A stretch of DNA of 64,000 bases from Laetmonice hystrix (lineage: Eukaryota), in assembly GCA_965235115.1 (NCBI GenBank), contig OZ249445.1, positions 3,286,001-3,350,000 on the forward strand, read 5' to 3'. Position 1 is the first letter of the stretch, and every line of letters begins with the position of its first letter. Of the stretch, positions 12,001 to 25,300 are shown piece after piece. The position numbers and the translations under genes were made by a program. Under the pieces are notes generated by a model. The model was not told where the DNA came from. It ran no database searches and saw only the letters and a program-made list of their open reading frames with translations.

Positions 12001-12849
12001 TTATCTTTCTCTGGCTGTCATTCCAACTTGCAGCCTCCTTTTCATCACGCCCTGACCTTTAACCCCGGCGCAGATATACCTTATAACATTGTTGCTGCCC
12101 CCACTGACCTTCGGGCGCCAGATGAAAAGGAGTCTGAAATGGACAGAAACTTGATAAAAAGACGTGGTATGTTGTGCGATTTCCAGGAAGCTGAGTGAAT
12201 CCTATCAGTGCACATATCATTGTAGGACCAAATCAGAAGTGTCTAACTGCAAATTATAAGTTCAACCCCCAGGTGTCATTAATTCACAGGCACGGAAGAA
12301 CCCCACAGCTGAACCAGGCTTACTGTCAATTGAAAGCCACAGGGGGCATCTAAATGTGTTTGTATAATGGATACAGCCAAGTTGCACTCTGAGAAATGTC
12401 CAGAAAAGGTGATTGATTTCAAACAAACAAAAAAACAAACAAGAAAACATTTTGTCATCCAATTTATAGGAAAAATAACATTACATGAAGTGATTTGCTT
12501 TAAATTAGACGTGTCAGTTGGTTTTAATCACCACAAAGCTGATGTCAGATTGAAGCATTAAATTCATATTTTTAGGTGTGAAGGGGCTGACAAGAAAGTA
12601 AAAACTTAAGAAGACTCCACAGATCATATTTTGTTATTAATGTTGTGGCCAAGAAACTGTCTCTTCAGCAGAACATTTTTTTCTCCCATGTGAAAGTATA
12701 GAGGATGGTATAGCGGAAAAATACAGTACAGTATCTAGAAAATCCCCCAACACGTGTTCCTCTCCTTAGCACCAGCCTACAAGGAGTTAAGCACAGCACA
12801 CCGTGTGGCTATCTCACCGCTGACGTCTTTGGGGGACGAGTTATTGTTG

Positions 12850-14000
12850 GGCTGGAGTTATTTTTTGCTTGACGTGGCTTATAATACAGTGGGCCAGGAT
12901 CGCAGTGACCCTTGAACGATCCGAGTCGAGAGAAAAACGGGAGTTCTGCTGTCGTTGTTGATCGAGATATTTGGCAGAGGAGCCGTGGGGGGTTGTGCCC
13001 CTCCCCCTGGGGACGGCTGTGAGAGATACTATATCTGTGCGCCAGGTCGGCTTTGGTTCCCAGGCAGTGAACACAAAGTGTGAACAGATTCAGTCGGAAT
13101 GGTCTGAACGATCGGCTGATGCTTGTATCTCATTATGAGTTCACATGCCATGCCGCCAAACACGTGGCTACTGGAATGTTCAGGTGAAACCAGACGCAGG
13201 CATCCATATGTCACCTTAGATGTAGAATCCGTGTTGAATTCCACCGAGAGGCACCTTCCTGCACAATCGCATTGTTGTCTCAAGACGGCCGCCGTAGATA
13301 CTGCGGATGAAGTGTGACAGATAAGGATAGGAAAACCAATCGGTCACACCCCTTCAAAGCTTGATATCTTTACAGAGATAGCAGTGACAGAGGAGACTTA
13401 GTGTACTTGCGGGATACCTTCTTTTTAGTTGCACTATCTATATCTATCCTCTCTCTATATATCCTCTCTCGCTCCAAACCATCCATGCAACTCCGGGTCA
13501 GGTCATAAATCAAGAAAGAAATTCAAAATATTATTGTCCATGCAGCCTGGCTTGACCACAACTAAGTGTGTTAATGATTAATGTGACCATTGCCCTTGTA
13601 CTATGCAGCACCTGTATGTATGTCAAGAATAGAAATACCAGTTGGACTATTTGCACAGAGAGAGAGAGTTGCCTCCCTTAGATGTGGGGTGAAAGGCCTG
13701 TAGGATGCTGGCCGTGCTATCATATTGCGATCATGTCTCGCACCCCGGAGCCTCATCAAAAACACCGCTCTCCGGTTTGTGCGCGGACTCCCCTGTGCAC
13801 ATTGACAGTAGACCTATCACAGCCACGTTTATAATCCAGGATGGAATGTCTGCATGTTGCGAGAATTTGGCATTGACAAGGCCGGACAGCTGTGGTCTTC
13901 AGAGGCTGGGGTGGGCTCCGCCGAGACTGGGGAGGGCAGTGGAGATGTTCACCCGGCTGTCAGTCCATGGCAGCGGTATTGTTAATTAAACCCTGATAAT
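12850..14000 (-). mobile_element. Decayed LINE RT fragment, apparently split by about 0.3 kb of unrelated sequence
   Basis: SWIIN and GESAHKPESGV (13793-13761, cf. NG..S....V.SGVPQG). After the interruption comes LSVEFNT (13244-13230, cf. W.MEFN..K). Confidence 0.4.
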
Positions 14001-14818
14001 GGCAACCGTCAGAGGGTCACCTAGAGCCGGGGGAGTCAGGGGTGACTGGCAGGGGCACGGTGTGGTCAGTCAACCTGCCTTTACTGACCGGCTCCCCTAC
14101 ACTGACCACCCACTGACCGGTGGGTCAGCTGAGTGAGTGGCCAGACCCCAGGCTCTACCCCCCCCCCCCCACCCGCTATGACCAGGTGAGCACCCGGACT
14201 CAGGTACCTCTATAGCCATCTGACGCTGGAGGTCAGATGAAAAAGACTTGCGTTTTTTACTTGATAGCTGGATCTTGTTTCACACCTGGTAATAATTTGA
14301 TCCACTGTCGGGAGGTTCCTTTGAAGTAGATACGTTGATAGGATATGGTGAACATCATCACTTCAGAGGCACACGCAACTGGTTAGTTAATATGGGATGT
14401 ATGTGTATAAAATCTTTTTAACTGTCGAGACAATCTGTCTGGCATAAAGCGTGTAGGAGTTCAGCGTATCCTATGCACGTTATAAATATCTCGGCACAAA
14501 GGAATATTCATGTGGATGTGTTGAGACTATAGTCTAAACCAATGACAACCGAGGTGTTAGTCTCTCAGTTTGTTATTTTTATGGTCTTCTTCTATAAAGC
14601 CTCTATCATGCCATAAGGTCTGCCATAAAACCTACATCAGATAAAGATGCACTCAGTTCTAAGATCTTCCTGAATTTCAGTAAGCTGTTATGAAAGATAG
14701 GTGAGATACAGTCATTCGTGGTCCTGTAATAACGTCTTCTAATGAAGGTGGCAATCTTTGCAGTTTAGGAAAAGCAAAAATCAGAATTGGTACTGGATTG
14801 TCGTGTGTCAAAAACTCC

Positions 14819-15267
14819 TTGACATTTCCTGAAGCAGTTGTGTTTTAAGATTTCATTCATTGACATTTGCTGAAGCAGTTGTGTTTTAAGATTTCATTCA
14901 TTGACATTTGCTGAAGCAGTTGTGTTTTAAGATTTCATTCATTGACATTTGCTGAAGCAGTTGTGTTTTAAGATTTCATTCATTGACATTTGCTGAAGCA
15001 GTTGTGTTTTAAGATTTCATTCATTGACATTTGCTGAAGCAGTTGTGTTTTAAGATTTCATTCATTGACATTTCCTGAAGCAGTTGTGTTTTAAGATTTC
15101 ATTCATTGACATTTCCTGAAGCAGTTGTGTTTTATGATTTCATTCATTGACATTTGCTGAAGCAGTTGTGTTTTAAGATTTCATTCATTGACACTTTCTG
15201 AAGCAGTTGTGTTTTAAGATTCCATTCATTGACATTTGCTGAAGCAGTTGTGTTTTAAGATTTCATT
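14819..15267. repeat. 41-bp minisatellite, 11 copies
   Basis: Unit ttgacattt(g/c)ctgaagcagttgtgttttaagatttcattca. Nearly identical head-to-tail copies with no spacers. Confidence 0.98.
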
Positions 15268-15499
15268 TGATAAACAAGCCGACAGGACCAATAGTCTGCT
15301 ATCTGTAACACGCCTAATTGACCTGTATGAAATTTGTATCAGCAGATATAAACAAAGTTTTAAATAATCTGTATTTTATTTATGTGTGTCTAAATGTACT
15401 TCAAACTCTATCGCAAGGCCCACATGTTCCTATTGGGATCAATTCGAAGAGAGGAAGGAGAAAATGTCCACCAGTATACTGTCAGCAGTATAGACACCA

Positions 15500-16650
15500 T
15501 TGATTAATTTATGTTTGTTTATTTTTTTAAAACCCACACTGATATTTCTGCAGGACCACGTTTCCATTGGTTTGGATGGAGATTGAGGCCTGCTGTGCCG
15601 AGGAGTTTTATATTGTTAGGGGGTTCATCATCTGTCAATTTGAAACGTGCCAAAAGGATCTGAAGGTGTGCAGCTTTCATCAGTGTGACCTCCATATGAT
15701 GACCCCTGGTCACATGACTGGTGACCGGCGGCAGATTAATAGCACCAGTCGGTGGCCCGCTCCCCTCGCCCGCCGCCTTAGCATGTCCCAAACACAACCC
15801 ATGTTGACATCCCCATTATTCCATCCATCGAAAGCGTATTAAGATTGCCAGAGAACTGCTCGGCGTCATGGCAGTGACCGCCGGCAAGATGGCGTCCAGT
15901 GGCGGCTAGAGTAGGGAGGGGGTTGTGGGGAGGAGTGACCCCCGCAACATGATCCATAACCTCGGTGGCAGCCCGCCGATAACGACAGCCCCGCAGACCT
16001 CGTAAGATGCACAAAGGCTCGGCTTCACACCCAAGAAACAATGCTTTCATGGGAAGCGAGTTTGACGTCCCTGGAGGGCCTGGTGATCGGGAGGTCTAGG
16101 CTGTCAGTGCCGGGGGTCCAGGCGGTGGCACAAAAGTAGCCTTCCTAATGGCATCCCGTGGGGTCCAGCCGCGGCAAACGGAGCAGTGAAGCCTGCGAGG
16201 TCAGCGGATTACCGTTGATCTCCATGGGCGGGTTTTATTTCAAAGCGGTCGCAGTGTGTCGAGGTGTGATGCGGGCAGCCCGCTCAGGGCCAGAGGTGGC
16301 GCTGCTTTCTTTGAGACGCAATCCTCACGGGGTTAGCTGAGACTGTTTGAGTGGCAAGGTGTGAGCATTGCAGATGACCCTATTATCTTCCTGAGACAAA
16401 TGGAAATCGGCACGGGCAAGTCGATTCTCCAACCAATCCTGATTCCTGTTGCGTGAAAGAAATTCTATCCACGGTGAACCTTATGAAGGATGGTCAGCCA
16501 GACTTGCTGCTGCTGCTGGGATCAGCATGCAGGTTATTGTAAAAGTTCTACCGCAGATAATACATGTTCTTGACCAGGGCTCAGATTGTCCTGAGTGATT
16601 GCCGGCAAGACAGTGGGATGTTGACCCGTGTAGACAGACTCAGTGGTCAG
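15500..16650 (-). mobile_element. Decayed LINE RT fragment
   Basis: GMPLG (about 16160-16146, cf. GVPQG..LG) and NNIKLLG...LNL...QW (about 15620-15565, cf. KLLGV....L.W). Confidence 0.4.
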
Positions 16651-17784
16651 GTGATTGATGACCAGTAATATCTACTGGTCACATGTCTCCCACTAGAAGG
16701 TGCTGACCGCTGCCAGCCCCCACCCAACCCACCACCACCCACCAACCACCACCCACCATCTCCACACTCCATGATGGCAGCCTATCTTTCTAAATGAGAT
16801 TCCTTATCAATGACACATTCCATATACATGCAGCTATGATTAGTCTTTTGTCATCTTAACCAGATGTCTATATCTTGTATGAAGGTCATAGTAAACTAAT
16901 ATTAATGTTACCATCTGCAGAATTATACCCAGATATTGTTGCTAACCATTATAAATTGATAATGCCCAGCCATCATGTTTATTACAATAATGTATCTGGA
17001 ATTATTCTGCCCACTGTGAGGTCATAGTAAGGTCAATGTCCGAAGACATTTGTCTCGAGTACATTGTGTCAGTCTCAGCTGCAGGCTAAGTCCTTCTCTC
17101 TTGATATCAACTTAGAGTCCTGTCGGGGGAAAGTTTGTCCAGCATTCACTTTGCAAGTCCTTTATGTTTCAACTACCCTATAGAAAGAAGCGCGCCTATG
17201 AAGGTGTTTCTGTTCCGCAAAGTTGGTCATCTCTTCAGCGGCTTGGCACTTTAGAGGCCATCAGCAAATGGGGGAAGGGATCGAAAGGCCACATCTCAGG
17301 TGAGAAGGCTCTATTGGTCGTCCTTCTGCAGTTTTCTCAGGAGGTTGGCAAAGTAATGACAATGTCAGTGGAATACAATATTGGGGGAGGCAGAAGGGAC
17401 ACGTGGTAATCATATAAGGTCACGTGACTGCCCCACCCCCGTGGTTGCCATGAAACCTATTGGCAAGTCACTTTTCGCTGGCACTTGGGAAAGAATGGCT
17501 CTGAGGTCGGCACAATGACCAGGCAATAGAATAAGCCGTGGCATTGTTATTATAACAAGAAGTAAATTGAATATGTGGAGACGTGTCAGGGCGCTAAGGT
17601 GGCCCTGGTGACCCAAGGCAGCATGGTCTGGACGCATACATCTTCATTTCTGTTGTGCCAGTTACAATGACCAGGACGGGGGTAACAATGTTCCACAAAT
17701 ACAATATCTAAGGACATTTGATCATAAATAACAGGCAAATCAAATGAATAGGGAAGGGAAGGCCGGGCCGGGGGTGATTGGCCG

Positions 17785-18025
17785 GAGGAGGAGGAGAAGG
17801 AGGAGGAGAGATTGGGGTTTTGTGCCTGAGTCACTGGGGGTCTGTCTGCCCGGCGTGTTTGTCCAGGAGATGTTAGGGGATGGGGCGCTGGGGCCACACG
17901 TAACGTCACAATCAGACACATGCCAATGGTGGGCATTGATCTCAAAATGAACAGTGTCCTCCTCTCCGCATCCTCCTCCTCCTCCTTCTCCTTCCGCTGC
18001 TGCTGCTGCTGCTCCTGCTGTCGCC
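17785..18025. repeat. GGA/TCC and GCT low-complexity tracts
   Basis: ggaggaggaggagaaggaggagg (about 17785-17808) and tcctcctcctccttctccttccgctgctgctgctgctgc (about 17972-18012). Confidence 0.8.
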
Positions 18026-18049
18026 GCTCGACCCCCCAAAGAAATGCCT

Positions 18050-18850
18050 CCTTTGAGAAGAGGAATCCAAGGTTTTGCTTAACCCGGACGTCTCCTGACC
18101 AGGCCATGGCAGAACAGCCAAATTTGCTGACAATGTCGTGAGAAACACAATAACTCACAGTCTTTATGATATTTATATGAATTGAATGAATAAAGATGTC
18201 AAGGAGGGCAGAGGGACCGGCCAATCTAGCCGAGGTGCACAGCTGGCTGATCAGGACTAAGAGGGTGTCTGACAGGCGCACCCGACCCTACATGGCCAAG
18301 AAAGATGGACCAATGCCATTATTATGGTTTATTAATATTGAAATTTTGAAGGTTTCAGTCAATTGCATTTGATCCATACATCACTGGCGTTGGACAGTGC
18401 AGGACCCGCTGCTCCGTCTCCCCAGATGCCATTGATTTTCTATGGCCGAACTCGGACACAAATCTTGAGGCGATGCGATCGTCGGCATGCGCTGTACATA
18501 TGAATGCACGAGGGTCGCACGGCCTAATGGACAGTTTGAATATTTAAACAGAGGGTCAACGCAAATGATGATGGCTACCCTGGCTGACCCACTGCATTGT
18601 GGGAGGTGGTGCGAGACTGGCCTGTGCTGGCCATTTTTGTGAGCACCGTGCGTGTGTGGGGCACGGGGCACCGCCCGCAGGGAGTGGTAAAGATGGCTTC
18701 AAAGCAAACGGGGGGTGTGATTGAAAGGGGAAAGGTGCGGTCGGAGTAGGAGCAAGACAACCTAAGTGCTTCATTAGAGAAAAGAAAGGATATGTGCCAT
18801 GAACCGAACTCTGGCCATTAGGCACTTACTCGGCATAAATATCTCAGCTT
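18050..18850 (-). mobile_element. Decayed LINE RT fragment (CR1-like)
   Basis: PLSITPPVCFEAI (18729-18691, cf. PISLTS..CK..E.I), GPSALLDIFI (18218-18189, cf. LGP.LF.IFI), VSKF (18131-18120, cf. SKFADD). Confidence 0.45.
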
Positions 18851-21358
18851 TGTGGTGGGCTCACTTGCCCTTACTTACATGGGAGGGGACAGGGGTGGTA
18901 ACAGTCGGCCAGCAATGGGCTATGAGCCACTTTATGCCCATCTCACCCAGTCCACGCCCTTCGATCTCCCGAATACAGCATCAATAATTAATCTTTAATA
19001 GATAACGAGAAGGACCTTTTGCGACCATTAAACGCGACTGTGTATGTCCAGCTGGGCAGTAGGCACAACGCGGCGTAATTGTTTGAATCATACATGACGT
19101 TTTTAGTTGCTGATTGTGTTATTGCGAGGAGGCAGTGTTGGCCATTAGTGTTGGCAGTCTGTGAGAATGGCACTATCAATCATAGGTCATGGCAACACCT
19201 TCTCTGCATCATTCATACATCGCCGCTGCCACCAGAACACATCGGGCCAAATGTTCAATTCACCAACCAATGAAGGTGTGGAGGTCTTGGAAGTTCAGCA
19301 AAGTAAATCATTAACTTAGGCTGTAAAATTTTGTGTTTTCTCTGAGGGCTAAGAACTGATATTTTTTTTTGGTAAATGCTCCAAGTATTTGTTATCATGG
19401 ATACGTATTTGATAGTTGAGGTCAGGCGAAGGGTAAATGACAAATTGTTGTCGATTGTTGGATGACGTACTGACGACAATAAGAACACCGTCATGTCAGC
19501 GTTGTGTGTCAGTGAGGCGTCTGTCAGCCCAGCGTTCACCTTTCACATGTCGCCATGTGTTGGGGAGTGAGGTGGCAAACATAAGTGGACCACCTTGACT
19601 CGTACATCAGACAGGTGACCCACAGGTGTGAGGTGGCCAATTAATGATATCCTATATGACGAGTGATGTCCCCATCACGCTGGTGTCCCCTTGCTACTGC
19701 CAGCCTGCTCGGCTCCGATCCGACTCTGCTCATGGGTGCCGACCTGTCTAATGTGACAACTACACTGATTTAAGTGTGACACATGGGTATGGTGTATATG
19801 TGACGGAACAGTTGACTGGGCCCGACACCGTGACATGCTGAACATGAATAGGTGATGAAACCAGCATTGTCCACAGTCGCTACCTTTTTTCTCGGGTATA
19901 TACTCTGGGTGTTGATTTATATGTCGCTTTGATTCTAGAAGTGGATTTGATGATATATTTGAAATTTCATGCATGGATTCCTTGCAATATAAGTCTGGTG
20001 ACAACAACCATAGAGCGTAGTTGGATAACAAAACGGAGCATGAGCTTACAAATTATTAGTGTGTGACGTTAAGGCTAGAGGGCGCTGTGATTGATCTCTC
20101 CTCGTCCCGCCACCACGCCAGGTGGGCATGCTTCAACGCTCACAGTTGCACATATGACATTTCAGGTAGCATCAATCTTGTATTTGAAATGCAGCATGGC
20201 AGACGTTGGAGTCCACTTGCAGGATACAACATCGTTTGAACCTAATTGTCCTACACTGTGGCTGAACGCAAAAATAATTAATCTAAGTTAAGCCTTTAAA
20301 AAACGAAGAGAACATCAAGTTTATATGGGGGAAAAATATACATTTGTTAGTATGGAGACAGGCAGGTATATTAGACAGGGTGTTAGCGTAGATAAGGTAC
20401 ATTGAAATCCTTAGTACCATGTCTGTGGGTAAAGGGAGTGGTGTGATAGGCATGTCAGATTAAATTATATACATCAGAGAAGGTTTGTTTTCATAGAAAG
20501 TGACCTTTGCCCAGATTCATGAAGTCTCAAACGATCTCACTTATTGCCAGAAAAACCTATCCACAACTTTTCAAATACTATGTACATTTATCTTCCTTGC
20601 GACCCGCAAGCTTTCCTCGCCAGAGTCGAAGTTCTGGATTTTTTTTCAGTTTTCAGGTGGGAGAAGAATTGACGAGTTTAGAATGCTATCAAGATCTCTC
20701 AAACATTGTGACTGATTTATAGTTGTAAAGACCTAGAGTGGCGTAGATTAGACCATTCATATTTGGCCTAAACATCAATCACATAATATCTCGGCCAGTA
20801 ACATTTTGAATTAAGGTTTGCTCTTTTCTTGGTGAATTATACTTCTGCGTTCCGTCTGCAAGTCATTTATCCTTCTCAGCGTGTCGATAATGGAACAACA
20901 ATGCTAAAATTTGGGATGAGTCAGATGTTGCCTATAGCAAGGAATGTCCATTATCACTACAGGTGAAACGCAGGCCTGACAACCATCACCTTCCATCCAA
21001 TCGATGACCAAGAAGGCATGTTGGCAACTGTGCCAGTTTCAGGCTCCACTCAATCAATTGTTATTCAGGAGCAGCTTTGTGCCCAGGTGAGTGGGCTTGT
21101 AGGATTTGGATGACGTTCAGCATGGCAAGACCTTCGCAACGGCTACGAAGGTCAAGGTTGACACTGCCAACACATGTCCAGGAGATGGACACGCACAGCT
21201 GGGGATCGGTCTAGAACTTTCCACGAATAACCAACACGCTTTGACAACATCTGTACCGTCTGGGGTTCTTTGTACAATCTGTACAACCTCAGACATCCGG
21301 CAGGCCATAGCCTTTCTCGTGTGTGATCATCTCTTGTTCTCACCTCTCGTCTCCTCAC

Positions 21359-21437
21359 CAATTGTACAGAATGAGTTTATGGTGGACGCGGTACGCACTG
21401 AGTTACTAATGTCGTGCCCATCGACTCCAAGATCCAT
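21359..21437 (-). CDS. Candidate first coding exon, MDLGVDGHDISNSVRTASTINSFCTI(+G); product unknown
   Basis: Start context gacaacaaaATGG (CAAAATG type), 26 open codons, then donor ATTG|gtgagg. It lies directly below a motif-rich CpG island. Confidence 0.4.
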
Positions 21438-21479
21438 TTTGTTGTCCTCGGGTGGCGAGAAAAGATTAAAAAAATCGTA

Positions 21480-21720
21480 AGGCGTTGTGACGTACCAATT
21501 GAAACACGCATGCGCCCACCGACCTATGTATGTAACGTGTTAATGAAGCGGTGAGCCCCGTGACGTCTTTTACAGTACATTACGTATTTTTTCTTTCAAA
21601 GTCATAGAGCAATATTCGCGGAAATGTTTTTCGCGGTCTCTCCTGGATTCGTCTTGTCGTCATTTGATTAGATACATTCCCTCCCGCTGTTAAATCACCG
21701 GTTAACATCCGAGAAAAAAG
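21480..21720. promoter_or_regulatory. Promoter-like CpG-rich island, possibly bidirectional
   Basis: TGACGT at 21488 and 21561 (CRE-like), CCAAT at 21495, ACGCATGCGC at 21506-21515 (NRF1-like), and oppositely oriented E2F-like sites TTCGCGGAAA (21615-21624) and TTTTTCGCGG (21627-21636). Confidence 0.5.
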
Positions 21721-22230
21721 ATCCAAAGAAAGATCTAAAACCAACATGCGGAAAATGGATGGGGAAGGTCATGATAAGTTGACCTCAGAGAAGGGTTACT
21801 CGAAAAAAATACCGTTTCAGATTTCATAAAAGTTGATATAGTAGCATTTGGCTTCCCTAAAAAACCCATAACTTCTTGTATGATCGCACTTGATGGCGTC
21901 TCTGGACGTCCGACAATACAGTTGTGGTGGCTGGTGGGGGTTGGGTGGGGTGGGTGGGGAGGGGGTGGGGAGGGGAGGGGGGTTATAGCAGGGGAAGGGT
22001 TGGGGTTTATGTCTTTTGAGGAGTTTCGGGGGGACATCTGTGTTGACAAAAACGCAGGAGCGCCAAAGAACATGCGGTCGAGTGTCGTTTATCTATATCA
22101 GAATCCTCGCGACTAGGAGTTGCAGTGACTCGCGACTAGGAGTTGCAGTGACAGGCAGTGATTGCAGATGTTCACGGGTTGGTGGAAGATCGACATCTCG
22201 TTCGCTGCAGTTGGTCTCTTCCCCTTCCAG

Positions 22231-22306
22231 CACCATCTTGCCGATGAGAAACGCGTCTGTTACCACGACAGCAGACTCCTGGCTGCATTGTCTTATGAAT
22301 CATTCG
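22231..22306 (+). other. Candidate internal exon (76 nt)
   Basis: Acceptor tctcttccccttccag|C and donor TTCG|gtaaga. Phase-0 frame HHLADEKRVCYHDSRLLAALSYESF is open, as is a second frame. Confidence 0.35.
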
Positions 22307-25300
22307 GTAAGAGGACCTAAACGCTTGTCAATGGAAGCTCTTTGGGGAGCAGCAAATGCTCCAGGGAGTGGTCGCGGCAACATTTAATGGCAATACATTT
22401 TGCATGGAGGCAGTTTTGAGAATGAATTGTGTGGTGGCAAAAGTTAGTTGCCTTAGGCCACAGCATGGCAGAGGGAGTGGATTTTAGGGCGTCTGCGCAA
22501 CCTTGCTTGACCCCTTGGCAGCGACGTTGATGGTATGAGCAGTTATCGGTGACCGCGGTTAAAAGGAAGCGATGGCAATAGTGGGACTTGTCAGACGGTA
22601 AATCCGCGGGGCTCGCAGGCAGATGCGACTGGCTTAAACAGTGCTAATCCATTATTTCGTGGTCTCATTGTTTTATCGTTATCTGTCAGCGCTGTGGCCG
22701 CCACAAATGGCCTCGTAAGTCCGGTGGCAGTATTCTCTGACAGGCCACCGTCGACAGGCGCAAGACCCAAGCGCGCTCACATATCAATGTGTGGGTGGGA
22801 TTTGGCCATTTCGTCGCCGGCGTGTATTGTTTTTCCATTAGTTGTTGTCACTGGAGGCCTAATCCATTTGTTGGAGAGAGGGGGGGTCAAGGTTGTCGCA
22901 AACGAAGACAAAACAGGGAGGTAGCGGCCGCCTAGCGGTCGGCGGCGTCTCTAACCTTCGCCTCCTCACAAATTGCAGCCATGGAGAAGCTGGCGGGTAG
23001 ATGCGGTCTACTGGAGGACCGAGAGCTCCCGGAGCACCCAAGGTGTCAACTGGAAGAAAAATAGTTTGTTTTCAGCGGTCACAGGGCAATATAATGAGTC
23101 AAATTGACAAATAAAGCACCGCGGGCCACGGCTGTCCATGGCGGCGGCCCCCCGAGAGTGTGCCTGCCCTTGAATCTGGCGGCGTGAAGAAGAAAAGCTT
23201 TCAGGGTCAAAGATAGAGTGTGAGGGGACCATAATGGCATTTTCTCGCATCAATATGGTTGACTGGAGTAGGTCTCTGTGGACAGATTTAGCAGGCCTGA
23301 GAGGCAGGCTTGATGACAATGGCAAAGGGTTGGTCATGAATCTTGGACTGGGGAGTAAATCACAAAAGTGCACTGCGGTAATTTCAGTTAAAACCAGCAT
23401 ATCAATTATTGAAAGGTGTGGAGAGGACTTCAGTTGACCGGAAACAATGGCTACAGTCTGGTTATTGTTCCCAGTCAGATTGACCAGTGATTGATGGTAA
23501 CCTGGCAACGCCTTCAATCTACCACTAACTGGAGGCGACTTGGCAACCGAGGCGGTCATGTCTCTGACCTAATTAGGTGTATTAATTAAACATGTCTAGC
23601 CGTCTTTTCAGATTGTCACAGGTCGTGCCCACTAACGAGGCCCACACAATAGAATTATAGGTGGCCGATCCATTTAGAAGGTAGCGGGCCGTGCTGGGCC
23701 GAGTCTCAGGGCGACGATCTCTACTCTCGAACAAAGGTCACGGACAGGCACAGTGCAAAGTGGATCACTGAGATTTCCAACCGCCCATTCATCCTACTCT
23801 TGTGTAAATGACCTCCTCCTGGACAAATGTTGGATTAATAATGAATTAGAACAAGTTGTAGGTGGGCATTTTGTCCTGGGCTCGAGTGCGGAACCTGGAA
23901 TTGTTCTTCTTTAAGACGTAGGTAGTTGTTCCTTCTGTGACGTCAGGCACGAGCCTCACTTTGATGTTGAGACGCAGTTATGTATCAGTCGGACGACCCT
24001 AGCTGTTTCTGGGTCACATCGGGAGGCGAACGATGACAACGATGATGACCACGGAGTCGGCCGACGGTGAGCCGAGTCACTTCCGTATTTTTAAAATAGT
24101 TCACATATCGATCGTTAGGTGGCCCAGTAGCCCAGCTCACACTTGATCACAGTTCGTGGAACGATAGGAACGAAAGCCTTGTTTCCGGTATGGTTCGACG
24201 CCAGGATTTTACTAAAATCCTCTGAACCAATTTAACAAACTACTTGGATAGTTTCTGCAAACCGGCAATTGGCCATCCTTCTACGCAAGGAATAAGATGT
24301 ATTTCAGAATAGGATCAAGACAACTATTAGAAAACAATATAACTGAAAAAAGGAAATGACTTGTGTTATTATAACTGTTTGGATATCTGTTTTGTCAGAG
24401 GAGATATAAAACAGCGTTTAGTATTTGTATTAGTGACTGTTTGGCAAGAGAAGAAGTGGACATTCCGTCAGTATCAACTGCTGAGTGGGAGGGGTTTACA
24501 AGGATTTTTTACCGGGACAGTCTGCCGGATACGTTAACAAATGTCATTTTTCTTGACACAGAAGAAAATGAATCAAACTGAGCCGTTTACCGCCCAAATA
24601 CAGTTGCGTTCACATCCGACTGACTACAGCCTCCATAACTATTTCTTTTTTAATCAGGAGTTAGAGTTTAGTTTAGTTTTTAACAAGTTTTTAACTGTTG
24701 TGTGCTATGATTGATGCCCTAACTATAGCAGAAAGATAACTTTTCTTACGGAGCTGGGGACTGTTCAGTGAGGGCCTATAATGGGGCATATCCTATCGCC
24801 AGGTTGGAGTGAACTGCTCGCAGGCGTGAAGCAGTAGAGTGGGGTGATGAAAGAGGCAGTGATTGACGGCCTATAGGATGCTGACAATGGCTGCAGCATG
24901 GCGCTGTCACCTCCCCGCCACCCGTCCGTCAACGGCCTCGGACTCCCATTCAAACTATTAATTCTCCTTCAACTCCATTGTTAGTGGCAAATTACGCAAA
25001 CCGAGTGACAAATTATGTTCGCCAGTGACAGTCTTATCGGCCGACCACAGTGACCCAGACGACTGATGGCAGAGAACCAAGGATAGTCTTTCCAATCCTA
25101 CTTGCTCCTTTACTTAACATCTTGACACCGACTTTACACACAGTTTTAAATCACATTTATTCTCACTACAGCCAGCAGAAGTTGTGTTGGCGGTACGGTA
25201 TCCTCCTATACACGTTGCGCTATGGGCCTTTTTTAATTATTTTTTTTAACAACTGAACGATTTATTGGAATGTTTCTCGCTCCCCAGTCCTGTCGGAGTA

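Noticed and set aside
17586-18281. Longest ORF (231 aa) as a host gene
   Set aside because: It is a composite of decayed RT motifs (GPSALLDIFI, VSKF) and translated trinucleotide tracts (QQQQ, EEEE, SSSS), with no coherent domain.
20963-21086. Plus-strand coding exon ending at CCAG|gtgagt
   Set aside because: The donor is good, but all three frames are blocked from the best acceptor and the alternative acceptor lacks a pyrimidine tract.
21106-21480. Cys-containing ORFs as a piggyBac C-terminal domain
   Set aside because: Cys spacing does not fit, stops interrupt the frame, and there is no DDD transposase nearby.
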